DNA from: Podarcis vaucheri
Lineage: Eukaryota
Assembly (NCBI GenBank): GCA_965113315.1
Contig: OZ220366.1
DNA length: 64,000 bases
Reading direction: 5' to 3' (one strand)
In this document: piece by piece, positions 60,457 to 64,000 of the stretch
How the letters are laid out: every line of letters begins with the position of its first letter
Numbering within the stretch: position 1 is the stretch's first letter
Notes under the pieces: model-generated
Seen by the model: only the letters and a program-made list of their open reading frames with translations
Told to the model about the DNA's origin: nothing
Database searches by the model: none
Made by a program: the position numbers and the translations under genes

Positions 60457-62207
60457 TAAAAGGAAGATAAACATATTAAAACATGTGATGGCTTCTTAAC
60501 AGAAACAGTTAATGTGTAGTTGCTCATTTTCAATCTAAAGGTTTTTGAGTAAACTCTGTTCTTGAAGAAAACAGTTAATAGCTCTTCCTTTTCCCATTTT
60601 TACCTTTCCAAATTGCTGTAGTAACTTTTCATAAACCTGTCTTTGTTTGTAGTTTGAGATTGTTATTTTTTTACATTGGTCAAATATTCCGTGAAATTGA
60701 GCACACACCCGTGTAGGTTTTGGTCTGCCTCTTTTAATAGCAGGATCCTGTAAGCAGAAGAGAAGGAAAAGGACTCCTTGCTCCCTACCCTGAATCAGGC
60801 TCTTTAGCTGATTCATCTCCATCACTCATCTCCCCCCCCCCCCATCATTTTATTTGCACGCTGCCTTTCTATAGTTAAAACCACGCTCGCAGTGACTTGC
60901 AACATGAAACTATTTACATAATCACAAGTGTAAGAAAAGTAGTCATAAACACTAAATAAAACACATCACAAAGTATACAACCAAATTGTAAAAAACAACA
61001 ACACCCCTACGTAAGTAATAAAAACCAAAAGTAAAGATGCAAAAAATAATAATATAAATAATAGCAACAAAACCTCCTAAACAGTACCCCAGCCCAAGAG
61101 TCCGTTCAGGAGATTTGGAGATGGAAGCGAAAGTATTGTGTGGGTGGATGACTCTGTAACACACCTTTTGCAGGTATTCCTATGACGAGCTGGAAGGTAT
61201 TGCTCAATGGTTAAGAGTCATCCTGGATCAGTGGCTTATTTGATTTCAACATGGAACAAACATTCAGTGTAGAATTCCTCCTCTCTGCCCCCAAGCAGAG
61301 TTCTGGATTCAAGCCAAGTCTTTCAAATATTGCTGTCTGCTGATACTTAATGTTTTTATGTAGAATTCTGAGTGAGTTCACATTTTGGGTAGGGCATCGC
61401 CAGGGATAGGGAGTTGTCCTACAATTTACTTGAGTTTTGCAGTTTACAGATATAGGCCATAGGCAGTTTTTCCCCTTCCCATACAGCTGTTTAAATAGAT
61501 ACTTAGATAGGCAAAACTTAATTTGATTAAATAGATGTACCTTTTTCTAAACAATTAATGCAAGCTTTTAAAAACTCCTGATTGCATGCATGGAAAGGTT
61601 TTGTGAAGAAGATGACCTTACTTGGATTATGATACCCAAGAGCTCATGACAGAGGAGAATAATAATACATGTTTTATGACCATGCTTGCTTGGTCTTTTG
61701 AGACTGGATGTACTCCTGATTTGAACCTGGCCAACGGCTAAATGTGAAACACTAAATTCAATCTGGTTTCACGTTAAACAATGCATCCAATCCGGCTTTG
61801 TTATCAATTTACCCCTTCTAATTGAAATATTTTTAATTGGCCGTGCTCTGGTGTACTTCAGAAACGGCTGTTTTATGAGGCATGTATGTGGTCTCACCCT
61901 TAGTTGTGGGTCCCCCTCCAATAAATCTTGTCTCTTAGTTTACAGTTTTATAGTATGAATGCAGTTTGGCAATAATTTCTCATGTGAAGGTTTGGGTAAT
62001 GTGAGAGAGAGGGAAGGAGGTAGGGAGAGATGGGGGGTGGGGAGAATTAAACTGGGATGTTTCTTCCACTACATTTGGAGTGTTCTCTGTAGGGTGAGGG
62101 TTGAAAATTTTGCTTAGTATAAAGAAACATTTTAAAGCCAGATGGCACGTAGATTCATCAATACTGGCCCAAGAGTCAAGAAAGTGGTTTCTGCATGTGC
62201 TGTTGAA

Positions 62208-62585
62208 GGATGCGAGGGGCAGATGGGGCTCATCAGCCTGGGAGGGTAACCTGTCTAGGAGAAGGAAAAATCTGACCCTAAACTGCTGCTGCCTAAACCC
62301 TAAATCCAGACTGGAGTCTCTTAAGATGGTTGGGTGGTGCCTTGTATGCCACCTTCTAGCAACCTCTGTAGCTCAGCTAGTGCCAAACATAGTGTTCTGT
62401 TTTCCTTTGGACCATATCAACAAGGCTGAGAAGGGGGTCTTATTGTCTGGGCACCCAGGACCTCCACACACACCTCCCAGGCTTGTACCCCGGGGAGGTC
62501 AGTTAGGTGCTGCTAACATAGCAGTCCAACCTCACTCCCTGGAGGCATATTCCGTTGTCTCTCGAGACAAATGGATGCCAACAAG
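62208..62585 (+). mobile_element. RTE-related non-autonomous element (5'UTR-like plus 3' tail)
   Basis: Ends in ttgtctctcgagacaaatggatgccaacaa, an RTE-type hairpin plus (CAA) tail. No coding capacity; second partial copy at 40716. Confidence 0.6.
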
Positions 62586-64000
62586 GTTCGCAGCTCAGAA
62601 GACACTTGCCTCAAGCAAGGTGTCTTGTCTGTTTTTGAAACACTTTCTGCTTCCAGCTGGAAATTTATTTAGTAAGTAGGGACTACATATGTGTCTCAGG
62701 CTGTATGTTATAATTCGGGGAGCACTGTCTAGCTGCAGTCTGTTTGAAATTAATAGCTTCAGTTACTTGTTGCTAGTAACTCTAGATAACTTTTAAATTA
62801 TACTGTCTGATTAGCCACGGTACTATATCCGCTCTGTACTATATAGCAGCCTTGCAGATAAACCAAGATAACACTGCTGCCAGGATGTTAACTGGAGCTA
62901 AGCAAACAGAAGATATAATTGCTGTGCTGTTTTAATTTGGCTTCATTTATTGTACATTTTAATTGTGGAAGCTTATTTTGATGTTTCAATGAAATTGTTC
63001 TGTTGCCTATTTTATATTCTTGTCAACTGCTTTTAAGCGATCTTGGCAATTAAGCAGTGTATATAAGTTAATAATAAGTAAATAATATATTTGGGGGTTG
63101 TTTCTTTGTATCTGTGATTTGAGTTCTTGTTGTACAGTATATTATTTAGCCACTAGGAAGACCTTTTTAAAAGAAAGAAAGGAAGGAAGAAAGATGGGAA
63201 TTAAAAGCTGTAAAAGCTATTAAAAAAAATCAATTTGTTATGAACATGTTTGTGAAGAAGCAACTGGACTTAAACAGCCGACAATGTGCATATAGCTCCA
63301 CATGATCTTTTCTTAAATGGATCCCTACGAGCCTTTGGCAGCTTCAAGCACATGAGTTCAAGTACCTGGATTAAGAGAGTATTGTGTGGCCAAAAACACT
63401 GTGGCCATGAAGTTGCTTCAAGGTAGTTTCTAGTGACAGAGTTCATATATGAATTTGATTTCTTGAACTTGATACACACACATACATACACACCCTTAAC
63501 TTTATTTGTGACAAAATGGTACAATCTGCCATTTACCCAGAAATTAGGTATTCTTCCCCTGGAAATGACTGTGCTATTGAAAATATAATCTTCTGAATTT
63601 AATGAGCCATGGCACTTGCTGTGTAGAAAAAGAAGCACAAGGCTATTGTTTGAATATATTGCCTGCTTTGAGAGGGACTGACTGCAATCCAGAATATCAT
63701 CTGTTGCTACAGAAGAGCTAAGCACATGGAGAATTGTGTAGCTAAGATCCATGGCTTTCAGCGGTAGTTAAAAGTTTGCCTAAATTCTCTCAAGCACATT
63801 GTTCCTGGGGTGATATTTAGCACCATGCTTGTATGTTTTGGAGAAGGTTGAGAGAGGAAGCATGAACGTAAGTGTGCCTTCGCTTTGCACACCCTGGAAA
63901 AAGAACTGTGGCTCCAGCATCCCTCACAACATCAGGAACATGCACACACCCTCTCTTGGATGTGAGGAGAAGGTCAAGTCTTTTAGGCTTTCTCTTTTCA

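Noticed and set aside
62101-62679. 192-aa ORF
   Set aside because: Runs across an RTE-related non-coding repeat; no recognisable domain or splice context.

Overview
Vertebrate (squamate, most likely lacertid lizard) genomic DNA containing the 5' end of MAP4K4 on the + strand. A CpG-island promoter/5'UTR spans about 15.9-17.6 kb. Coding exon 1 (17005-17061, MANDSPAKSLGEIDLSSLR) and coding exon 2 (17645-17710, [22 protein letters not shown]) are followed by a very long intron 2 that runs past the window end; I did not find exon 3 (GRHVKTGQLAAIK...). The rest is upstream intergenic and intronic DNA dense with transposon relics: Sauria SINEs, a tRNA-Lys/CR1-tail SINE, CORE-type SINEs, CR1, L2, L1, RTE and Rex1/Babar LINE 3' ends, three solo-LTR-like elements, a putative DIRS/Ngaro-type remnant, and many Tc1/mariner(pogo-type) and hAT MITEs. 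Almost all ORFs in the ORF track are spurious or TE-derived. I see no new protein-coding system. The most interesting signals are: (i) a stem-loop RNA motif (GGTAGGAA...ATTGGC...TTTCGCCT) shared by two otherwise unrelated elements; (ii) a templated insertion with a perfect 24-bp inverted repeat at an L2 5' junction; (iii) an LTR-like element carrying an intact 137-aa ORF inside a three-level nested insertion just upstream of the promoter; (iv) a strong-Kozak ATG-GCG-TAA minimal uORF in the MAP4K4 leader; (v) a chimeric hAT MITE; and (vi) several enhancer-like intronic blocks. Repeat family names come from my recall of family signatures, not from a database search.
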